DNA of 64,000 bases, from assembly GCF_963921235.1 (NCBI RefSeq), contig NC_086108.1:31560001-31624000 (forward strand), in the 5' to 3' direction. Source of the stretch: Mobula hypostoma (Eukaryota). Below the pieces are notes generated by a model, which saw nothing but the letters and a program-made list of their open reading frames with translations, ran no database searches and had not been told where the DNA came from. This document shows, piece by piece, positions 41,817-51,808 of this stretch. The position numbers and the translations under genes were made by a program. The stretch's first letter is position 1. Each line of letters begins with the position of its first letter.

Positions 41817-42214
41817 CTAAATCTTGTAGATTCCAAAGAAGGTCATAAGCTCATCAGCACTGACCATTGTTGGATCCGAGACTTGAACAAACAACTCAAC
41901 TCCTTCTCTCAGGTGAAATATTCCAGCCTGAAATGTGGTCTTCCCCCAAAATCCATGGCCACTGCAGAAGTTCATCTCTTGCACTCTCATCAGAGTCTGG
42001 TCGAGCTGGTAAGTGGCATCGTGTTTAAGAATGGTTTGGTGCAATGGCATCTGAGGGCATTTTATTCCTCGGAAGTAGATTTTTGAATAAATGTAGTATT
42101 TTCCAGTTTTATTGATGATCAGTGTTCCATTCCTGTATGCAAGCCCTTGTATAAAAGCATTGCCCATCTGAATCTCCCACATCAATCTATTGGAATGACC
42201 AGCCGTTGCCTTCC
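41817..42214 (-). CDS. FASLG-like paralog exon 4 (TNF homology domain), 398 nt
   Basis: CAG acceptor at 42217-42215; GKATAGHSNRLMW...TFFGIYKI then stop. Confidence 0.9.
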
Positions 42215-43521
42215 CTGTAATTGCATGTTGATGTTATTCTTGCATTTACATGCAATGAATCAAAAAAATTTGCATCAATATATGCCAGTCAATTTGCTCA
42301 AGTAAGCCAGAAGTATTGTCCATAATTCTAGGATAAGTATATTTTAATATATTAATTTCACTTTTCCTTTGTCATTTGACTAACATTAATAGCACAGAAA
42401 AAAAAACAACAATGTTATGCCAACAACAGGAATTCTGCAGATGCTGGAAATTCAAGCAACACACATCAAAGTTGCTGGTGAACACAGCAGGCCAGGCAGC
42501 ATCTCTAGGAAGAGGTACAGTCGACGTTTCAGGCCGAGACCCTTCATCAGGACTGTTGTGCCAATGTTTTAACCTGCTCCATGATCAATCTGATTCTTCC
42601 CTCCTACACAGCCTATAACCCTCCATTTTTCTTTCATTAATTTGCCTAAGAATCCTTTCAATGTCGCTAATGTATCATCTTCTACTACCGTCCCTGACAG
42701 TGCATTCCAGACACTTACTGCTCACTCTGTATCTAAGATCTATCTCTGACATCTCCTCTAAGTTTTTTTTCCATTCACCTCTGATATTAATCATTCCCAC
42801 CTGATTGTTTCTAATATTCTACTTCACCATTACTCCCCTTTCATTCTATTGTTTTAATTAACATTTAACTATTTTCTTTCACCTTATTCCCTAATTAATA
42901 TATTTCCCCCCACTTTTTCCCCAGCCTTTTCTCCTGGTCTCCAGTTTCCCAGTTCAATTATTTATAGAACGAACAGAATAACAACAAACCTGTAAGATGA
43001 GCGGCCCTTTTAATGTCACCCTCTGCCTCGCTCTTCTTTGCAGTTCCTACAAGACAGCAAACGTAGACCATAACAATCAGCTTCCTGCAAACCCATGAAT
43101 CTTCTTCAATGAATGAAAAAGACAATTACAAATTCGTAATTGAAAAAGAAGTTTGTACTTGCCAGTAAGCTTCTGTGGTGTGTTCTGCGGACTGCTGTTG
43201 ATCTACAAATATTACAAGAACTGAGAGTAAATAGATCTTCAATACACACACTTTAAATAAGCAAGACATGCACAGTTAAATTACCTGGTTCATTTGGGTT
43301 ACTTCTTGGTGCAGGTTGTGCAAGCTGTTTATGGTAAAAGCAAGTCCAGCCAGTGCCAATATGAGCATGACAGCGTTTACTGAAGCGCAGGCTGATATAC
43401 ACTTCATTTTCTTTTGAATTCTAGGTACTGGAAAGGGCAAGGGCCCTGCTGATGTCACCCTACTGGCAGCAAGGTCCTGACCTTCCCGCATTTCCAGAGA
43501 TTGGAGGTTCCTGTGCTCCAT
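41817..43521 (-). CDS. FASLG-like TNF superfamily paralog, 4 coding exons: join(43521-43285,43202-43163,43046-42990,42214-41817); 732 nt, 243 aa
   Basis: TM-bearing exon 1, AAHLTG exon 3, TNF domain with GNAF, YIYSKIYFRG, two Cys, FQAGIF, TFFGIYKI then stop. Exon sizes 237/40/57/398 versus 237/40/57/404 in FASLG. Open spliced frame. Confidence 0.88.
42424..42554 (-). mobile_element. Short Penelope pseudo-LTR fragment in intron 3 of the FASLG-like paralog
   Basis: Matches the terminus of the Penelope element at 18106-18240; flanked by near-direct repeat TGTTATGCCAA/TGTTGTGCCAA. Confidence 0.8.
42517..42556 (-). ncRNA. Minimal type I hammerhead ribozyme motif, Penelope-derived
   Basis: Minus strand ACAGUC-CUGAUGA-AGG(GUCUCGG)CCU-GAAAC-GUC^GACUGU: complete core, 6-bp stem I, 3-bp stem II, palindromic minimal stem III. 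Confidence 0.7.
42990..43046 (-). CDS. FASLG-like paralog exon 3 (TAKKSEAEGDIKRAAHLT-G), 57 nt
   Basis: TAG acceptor, CAG|GTTTGT donor, AAHLTG motif. Confidence 0.88.
43163..43202 (-). CDS. FASLG-like paralog exon 2 (INSSPQNTPQKLT-G), 40 nt, GC donor
   Basis: TAG acceptor; donor CTG|GCAAGT; same size and phase as FASLG exon 2. Confidence 0.75.
43285..43521 (-). CDS. FASLG-like paralog exon 1 (tail and TM), 237 nt
   Basis: ATG at 43521; hydrophobic VNAVMLILALAGLAFTI; donor CAG|GTAATT, phase 0. Confidence 0.85.
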
Positions 43522-44589
43522 GTCTGAAAGCGATCTGGCAAATAGAACAATGTGTAGCCCCCAGAGGCTTCCGTTCGTTCTGCTGGCGGGCAGGTTGCTC
43601 GCCTGTTATAAATTGTTGACCTGCGTTGTTTCCTTTATTTCTTGGTGTAAGTAGATGGGTATTTCAAAGCCAGAGACCGCATGGACCTTGCATGTTTTGA
43701 TGTAGACTTAGTTTCAAGTTAGCAACTCCACCCACCAATACAGGCCTTTGCACAAGGACCAAAGCATTAATCATAATAATATTTGTTATAGCCTTATGTA
43801 GGCAGTGACAAATTACTCAACATTTTTAATCCTTTTACTTGAATCATATAACTACTCCAGATGTAATGTTGTACACATCTGCAGACTGCTACCATCTTTC
43901 CTTTTAATATCCTTTTAAGCTGAAGAGCAATCAGCTTCTTGCTAAGAGAGGAAGTGAACACGTAGAGCTCTGTTTTGAGACCACAAGCAGTGAGGTTATG
44001 CAAGAGCAAATATGCAGTAAGCTTCAGTTAGGAGACTGAATGAAATACATCAAAGCTTAGTGAAGATGCAGAGCTCAAAATGGAGTGACTGCTTCATGCC
44101 CCCAACAAAACCCCCAAAACAAACACTCTGATCCATGTCCTGTAACAGGGAAAGGTTATCTGGTGGACAAATGTAAAGACTGGAAGCTGTGCTCTAAGAC
44201 TTCTTGAAATAAATTGAGGAATCCCTGCCCAGCAGAGAAGCATTCCGGATCATATTGAAGAGAGTGTCGGATCACTGGCCTTCAGCAGTCTGGGAGATGA
44301 TGTAGGAAGTGGCAATGTTGTAGTTGAACAAGACACTCCTGGAGTATTGTGCACAGTTTTATTACTCTGTTATAGGAGAGACATCGATAATGGAAAGAGT
44401 GCCGAGATTTATAAGGATACTGCCCGATGCTTGAGTGAGAGAGAGAGAGATTGGGCTGGCTAGGACTTTACTCCTTGGAAGGTAGGAGATTGAGTGGCTT
44501 CCTTATAGAGGCATATTAAATCACAAGGGGTATAGATAGTGTGAATGCACACAATTAATTATCAGGAATAAGTGATTGCCAAGGTATAT

Positions 44590-47500
44590 GGATCATATGG
44601 GACACAACAGGGTACGGGATGTCTGGAATCGGGTCCTGAATATTCTGAAGGGGGAGGGTGAGCAGCCAGTTGTCTTGGTACCTGTTGGTATCAATGACAC
44701 AGATAAGACAAAGGAGGAGGTCCTGAAGAGAGATTTCCAGGAGTTAGGAAGGAAGCTGAGAAGCAGGACCTCCAGGGTAGTAATCTCGGGATTGCTACCT
44801 GTGCCACGTGCTAGTGAGGGCAAGAATATTAGGATCAGGCAGATGAATGTGTGGCTGAGAGACTGGTGCTGGGGACAGGGCTTCAGATTCTTGGATAATT
44901 GGGATCTCTTCTGGGGGAAGTATGACCTGTTCGAAAAGGACGGGTTACACCTGAACCCGAAGGGGACCAATATCTTGGCAGGAAAGTTTAATAGAGCTGT
45001 CAGGGAGGGTTTAAACTAATTTGGCAGGGGGATGGGAACCGGAATGACAGAGCGGAGGAAGGGGAAAACAGAAATAAATCTAAGATAGTGAGCAGTAAAG
45101 ATGTCAGGAAAGACAGGCAGGCGATGGGGCAAATTTGTAGCCATTGGGATGAGTTGCAGTGCAATAAAGTTGTAGTGAAATCAAAGTGAAAAGTACCAAA
45201 TACTGGTCTTAAGGTGTTATACTTAAATGCACGCAGCATAAGGAATAAGGTGGATGATCTTGTCATACAGCTACAGATTGGCAGGTATGATATTGTGGCC
45301 ATCACTGAGACGTGGCTAAAGGATGCATGTCTCTGGGAGCTGAACATCCAAGGATACACGGTGTATCGGAAGGATAGGAAGGTAGGCAGAGGGGGAGGTG
45401 TGGCTTTATTGGTAAGAAATTACATTAAATCATTAGAAAGAGGTGATATAGGATCGGAAGGTGCAGAATCTTTATGGGTTGAGCTAAGAAATCGCAAGGG
45501 TGAAAGGACCCTGATGGCAGTTATCTATAGGCCTCCAAACAGCTGCAGGGATGTGAACTACAAATTACAACAGGAAATAGAAAAGGCTTGTCAGAAGGGC
45601 AGTGTTATGATAATTGTGGGGGATTTTAACATGCAAGCGGATTGGAAAAATCAGGTCGGCACTGGATCTCAAGAGAGAGAATTTGTAGAATGTCTGCGAG
45701 ATGGCTTTTTAGAACAGCTTGTTGTTGAGCCCACTAGGGGATTGGCTGTACTGGATTGGGTATTGTGTAATGAACCGGAGGTGATTAGAGAGATTGAGGT
45801 GAAGGAACCCTTAGGTGACAGTGATCATAACATGACTGAGTTCACTGTGAAATTTGAAAAAGAGAAGCCAAAATCTGATGTGTCGGTATTTCAGTGGAGT
45901 AATGGAAATTACAGTGGCATGAGAGAGGAACTGGCCAAAGTTGACTGGAAAGGGACACTGGCGGGAAAGACGGCAGAGCAGCAGTAGCTGGAGTTTATGC
46001 GAGAAGTGAGGAAGGTGCAAGACAGGTATATTCCAAAAAAGAAGAAATTTTCAAATGGAAAAAGGATGCAACCGTGGTTGACAAGAGAAGTCAAAGCCAA
46101 AGTTAAAGCAGAGGAGAGGGCATACAAGGAACCAAAAATTAGTGGGAAGACAGAGGATTGGGAAGTTTTTAAAACCTTACAAAAAGAGACTAAGAAGGTC
46201 ATTAAGAGGGAAAAGATTAACTACGAAAGGAAGCTAGCAAATAATATCAAAGAGGATACTACAAGCTTTTTCAAGTATATAAAGGGTAAAAGACACGTGA
46301 GAGTAGATATAGGACCGATAGAAAATGATGCTGGAGAAATTGTAATGGGAGATAAGGAGATGGCAGAGGAACTGAATGAGTATTTTGTATCAGTCTTCAC
46401 TGAGGAAGACATCAGCAGTATACCAGACACTCAAGGATGGCAGGGAAGAGAAGTGTGCACAGTCACAATTACGACAGAGAAAGTACTCAGGAAACTGAAT
46501 AGTCTAAAGGTAGATAAATCTCCCGGACCAGATGGAATGCACCCGTGTGTTCTGAAGGAAGTAGCTGTGGAGATTGCAGAGGCATTAGCGATAATCTTTC
46601 AAAAGTCGATAGATTCTGGCATGGTTCCAGAGGACTTGAAGATTGCAAATGTCACGCCGCTATTTAAGAAGGAGAGAAGGAAGCAAAAAGGAAATTATAG
46701 ACCTGTTAGCTTGACATCGGTTGTTGGGAAGTTGTTGGAGTCGATTATCAAGGATGAGGTTACAGAGTACCTGGAGGCATATGACAAGATAGGCAGAACT
46801 CAGCATGGATTCCTTAAAGGAAAATCCTGCCTGACAAATCTATTACAATTTTTTGAGGAAATTACCAGTAGGCTAGACAAGGGAGATGCAGTGGATGTTG
46901 TATATTTGGATTTTCAGAAGGCCTTTGACAAGGTGCCACACATGAGGCTACTTAACAAGATAAGAGCCCATGGAATTACGGGAAAGTTGCATATGTGGTT
47001 AGAGCATTGGCTGATTGGCAGGAAACAGAGAGTGGGAATAAAGGGATCCTACTCTGGTTGGCTGCCGGTTACCAGTGGTGTTCCACAGGGGTCTGTGTTG
47101 GAGCCGCTTCTTTTTACATTGTACATCAACGATTTGGATTATGGAATAGATGGCTTTGTGGCTAAGTTTGCTGATGATACAAAGGTAGGCGTAGGGGCTG
47201 GTATTGCTAAGGAAACTGAGAGTCTGCAGCGAGACTTGGATAGATTGGAAGAATGGGCAAAGAGGTGGCAAATGAAATACAATGTTGGAAAGTGTATGGT
47301 TATGCACTTTGGCAGAAGAAATAAACAGGCAGACTATTATTTAAATGGGGAAAGAATTCAAAGTTCTGAGATGCAACGGGACTTGGGAGTCCTCGTACAG
47401 GATACCCTTAAGGTTAATCTCCAGGTTGAGTCGGTAGTGAAGAAGGCGAATGCAATGTTGGCATTCATTTCTAAAGGAGTAGAGTATAGGAGCAGGGATG

Positions 47501-48100
47501 TGATGTTGAGGCTCTATAAGGCACTGGTGAGACCTCACTTGGAGTACTGTGGGCAGTTTTAGTCTCCCTATTTAAGAAAGGATGTGCTGACGTTGGAGAG
47601 GGTACAGAGAAGATTCAACAGAATGATTCTGGGAATGAGAGGGTTAACATATGAGGAATGTTTGTCCGCTCTTGGACTGTATTCCTTGGAGTTTAGAAGA
47701 ATGAGGGGAGACCTCATAGAAACGTTTCAAAAGTTGAAAAGCATGGACAGAGTAGATGTGACAAAGTTGTTTCCCATGATGGGGGAGTCTAGTACGAGAG
47801 GGCATGACTTAAGGATTGAAGGGCACCCATTCAGAACAGAGATATGAAGAAATTTTTTTAGCCAGAGGGTGGTGAATCTGTGGAATTTGTTGCCACGGGC
47901 GGCAGTGGAGGCCAAGTCATTGGGTGTATTTAAGGCAGAGATTGATAGGAATCCGAGTAACCAGGGCATCAAAGGTTATGGTGAGAAGGCGGGGGAGTGG
48001 GACTAAATGGGAGAATGGATCAGCTCATGATAAAATGTCGGAGCAGACTCGATGGGCCGAATGGCCGACTTCTGCTCCTTTGTCTTATGGTGTTATGGTC
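44590..48100 (+). mobile_element. Young CR1 LINE: ORF1 esterase C-terminus and ORF2 with three in-frame stops
   Basis: ORFs 45214-45987, 45997-47562 and 47584-47847 share one frame; complete endonuclease and RT motifs; 3' tail. Confidence 0.95.
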
Positions 48101-48719
48101 TAACATTAGACAAGGCAGGGATCTAATTCCAAAATGTAAATCTAACAACTTCTGGTACAGGAAATCCGAAAGAAAAACAGAAAATGCTGGAAACACTCAA
48201 CAGATAAGGCAGCATCATTGGGAAAAGAAAAGGATTTAATATTTCAAGGTAAAGACCCTTTATCAGAAACAGGTAGGCTCTATGAGTCTTGGACCTGAAA
48301 TACTAATTCGATCTTTGTTTTTACAGATTCTGCCTGACATTTCTATATTTTATATGTAAGGGATCTAAACTCAATAGCTTTGAGTTAATAGGAAAAGGAA
48401 TGTGTGATTAACCAATGTCTGTTGTGAGCATGGCAGCAGCATGGCCCATGGTCATCACACTACATTTAGACTGTTAGAGTGAGTTTTTGGGTAGGTGATT
48501 CATTTACACTTAAATGACTCTGTCCACCAGTCTTCTATTTGACTAAGTACTGTGGATTGAGCTCACAACAATGTATTTCCTAAAAGCTGTGAATTTCGGG
48601 ATACTAGCTAGATGCTGCAGATGGAAGTGTGAAGTTTACAAGTAGTTTCGAAGACAGTATTATCTATACTTTATAATATTAATTGTCCTCTATGTTAGCA
48701 CGTAAAATGCCAAATAAAC

Positions 48720-49036
48720 GTATTGTGGATTTAACTTGCATTCCTAAATGGCTGTGGATACCAACCCAGACATGTTGGCGTCGGAAGGAAGGAAAGGAAG
48801 GAAAATCAGAAGGTGTGATGTTTTGTATGTAGCTACAAAAGGAAGCATTGTTTATGCATTGTCTATAACTTTTTAAGTAGCGATTTCCTTTGTGTTTAGC
48901 ATATAAATATCGAGCCCACATTGGGCTAGGAGACCTTTCTACTGAAAGTGTCTCCGTCCGTATGATGCATGCTGTACCTTGTTGTGTTGAATAAAGAAGC
49001 TGCTTTGTATCTACCAGTGACTCTGTCTCTCCGGTG
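48720..49036 (+). mobile_element. Probable small solo LTR
   Basis: TATTGTGG...CCACAACA imperfect inverted termini, internal TATAAA and AATAAA; no clear TSD. Confidence 0.4.
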
Positions 49037-49479
49037 ATTTCATCCACGCCACAACATTAGACAACGGCCAGTATTAAACCACATCGATGAATCAGAATCT
49101 GATTTATTATCGCCGACATTCGTCTTGAAATTTGTTGTTTTGTGGCAGCAGTAGTGACAGAAATAAAATATCACTACAGGTTGCAAAAAATTAAATGAAT
49201 AAACACAAAGTGCGAAGGAGAAATTGCGAGAAGGTGTTGGTTGACTGTTCAGAAATCTGATGGCTAAGGGGAAGAAGCTGTTCTTAAAATTTTGAGAGCA
49301 GGTATTCAGCCTCCTGTACCTCCTCTCTGTTGCTAGTAATGTGAAGAGGGCATGTCCCAGATTATCAGTCTGTAACTTTCAAAGCATTCATTACAATAAT
49401 TATTAAATTAATAATTCCCTTCTTTGGCAGCAAGTTAGAACTGATGAATAAAAATTTACCATTATTTTTTACCCGAGGG

Positions 49480-49559
49480 CAGGGGTTCCCAGCCTGAAGT
49501 CCACAGACCCCTCAGTTAACGGCCAGGGTCCATGGCATAAAAAGGCTTGGGAACCCCTC
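49480..49559. mobile_element. 80-bp hAT-type MITE
   Basis: TIR CAGGGGTTCCCA/TGGGAACCCCTC; degenerate 8-bp TSD; same family as 15713-15792. Confidence 0.75.
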
Positions 49560-49609
49560 CCCTCAGGGCGCTGAATGATTGTTTTCATATTTTCCTACAG
49601 CATAGAAGA

Positions 49610-49890
49610 AGCCCATTTGAAACCATTTTATCTCGCAGAGCAATCACATTCCCCAACTAAACTCCCTGTAACCTATTCTCACCCAACCCCCAGATTCTAC
49701 CAGTCACCTACACACTAAATGACATTTACAGTGGGTCACTCAATTATCTGGAATGTGAGAGGGAATTGCACACCGGGAGAACACCCGAGCAGATACAAAG
49801 CAAGCTTGTAAACTCCACAAAGACAAAATCAAGATCAGCAACCTTGGTCACTAGAGCTGTGAGACAGTGGATTTATTCACTGTAGCACCA
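49610..49890 (-). mobile_element. tRNA-derived V-SINE (HE1-like), degenerate
   Basis: Minus strand TGGTGCTACAGTG..GTCTCACAGCTC..TGTGGAGTTTAC..GTTCTCCC, typical of a V-SINE head and core. Confidence 0.6.
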
Positions 49891-50081
49891 TATCCCATGC
49901 AAATCAGAAATCTAATTCCCTTCTATCTGAGCTTTTCACAAACTTGAAACTTAATCAAAAAGGGAAAGAGTTACATTTTTTAGCTGGCGTGGACAGAATC
50001 AATATTGGCTAACAAATAACTCTCAGAATGGAGGCTGTATTTTAAAAATACCTTACCAACTTAAGCTGCAGTATGACATAC

Positions 50082-50273
50082 CTGCTTGAGGTTGTTAATG
50101 TCCTGTTGTAATTTGAAGATGTAAATTGTACTCCCAGCAAGCCAAGTCAGTGCTATAAAAACCAAAACTGGAATGAACTTGGTGGCAGCCCTTTCTATTT
50201 TTACTTTCTTCTCCGTCTCGTTTTGCGAATTCAGATGCTTAGGTGTTGCTCCATTGTTCAAAGACGTCATCAT
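50082..50273 (-). CDS. Orphan FASLG-type first exon (64 codons: tail, TM, stalk start); alternative first exon or relic of a third paralog
   Basis: MMTSLNNG...KFIPVLVFIALTWLAGSTIYIFKLQQDINNLKQ with donor CAG|GTATGT, phase 0. The last 28 aa align ungapped to FASLG exon 1 with 13 identities by manual count. Confidence 0.7.
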
Positions 50274-50380
50274 GTCAACACTTGCTTTAATTCTTGAATT
50301 ACCTGGTCTCTCATTCAAAATAACTTCAGAATTCAAGCTATGCTCCTTTGAAAAGCTGAACCTTTAAAAGTGGATTCAAT

Positions 50381-50448
50381 GAAACTTCCCTATAAAGCTA
50401 AGAATGAACTGGAAGTGAAAGTGGAGAGTTATGCAAGATTTAAATAGA
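50381..50448 (-). promoter_or_regulatory. Candidate promoter of the orphan exon: Ets-IRF composite element, kB-like site, TATA-like box
   Basis: GGAAGTGAAAGT at 50411-50422 (+); GGGAAGTTTC at 50390-50381 (-); TATTTAAA near 50446-50439 (-). Confidence 0.4.
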
Positions 50449-51774
50449 TAGTAATTCAGTCATGGCTCAGATCATTTGCTAGAAACCCAAACACTACTAA
50501 AAGTATTTGCTGATATAGATCAATGCAGCGAATCCTTGTCAATTTCTGCAAATAGCAGGAGAATTTTTTATGCATATGACATACAATGAGACATGAATGT
50601 CAGGATTGTGAATCGTTGGACTTCAGCACAGTTATAAATGGACCCGTTACAAGTGTAAGCTTACAGATAGTGTGAGCTTTTAAAAACACTTGCATCAGGC
50701 AGTGGGTCTCTAGTAGAATGCCCAAACTGGGCCGTGTCAGAGAGCGAGTAACTAAGGCACCATGTGTCTTTGTCTCAAGACCTAGGCGTAACACCCTTGG
50801 CAAGAGAAATGATCAAAATGGTCAACAGACCCCGAGGAAAGTGGAACACTTTACCTCAATCGTTGGAGACATCCTGTCCATTAACCCGAGGTTATTTTCA
50901 GCATCATTCCAAGTAGGCCAATTGCATCAAATGCCACTTGATTTCTTCAGTTTTTTTATATGCCTCTCAGTACTGCAGTTGTAATGTCAAACAATTGGGA
51001 AGGAGGTACAGGAGCCTTAGATCCCATGCCACCATATTCAGGAACAGTTATTAACCTTCAACCATCAGACTCCTGAACAGCGTGGATAACTTCACTCACC
51101 TCAAATCTGAACTAATTCCACAACCTATGGTCTCACTTTCAAGGACTCATGTTCGCAGTATTATTTACTTCTGTTTTGTTTGCACAATTTGTAACAATGT
51201 GCAGAATATTTTGTGTTTACGACTTACTGCATACATGCTCTCTCTTAAGCTTTTACTGAAGATTGAACTGACCAGGTCAAACAACATCTGTGGAGGCAAG
51301 GGGATGGCCAATGTTCCAGATCCAGACTCTGCACTAGGAATGAGAATTGTAGAGCAAAGATTGCCAGTAGAAAAAGGTGAAAGGGAGGGGTGAGGCAGTG
51401 GGCTGGGAGGTGATGGGTGGAAACATAATAAAAGAAATGTTTGGGGTAAATAGAGGTGAGGAGAGAGGGGGAAGGTAGAAACAGAACCTTGTAGGTGATA
51501 GCTGAGACCAGGTATGACAAGGGAGGGATGACAGCTGGGGGATGGTAATGCCTAGGATTTGGGAGTGTATTGAAAAGAGGAATCAAAGGATAAAGCTTAT
51601 GGCCTGACTAGTGGTAGTGAGAAATGAACACAGGGGGAGTGAGTTACCCTTTCTACACCTACCATGCAGAGTATCTCTTCCTTTGGTTACTCTTTCCATC
51701 CCTCAGAACACCCCCACCTCTGTTACTTGAACTCATCACACTTTCTCATCAGATTTCTTTGGACACTTGCACGT

Positions 51775-51806
<32 letters not shown>
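51775..51806. repeat. (CA)n microsatellite
   Basis: About 15 perfect CA units. Confidence 0.95.
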
Positions 51807-51808
<2 letters not shown>

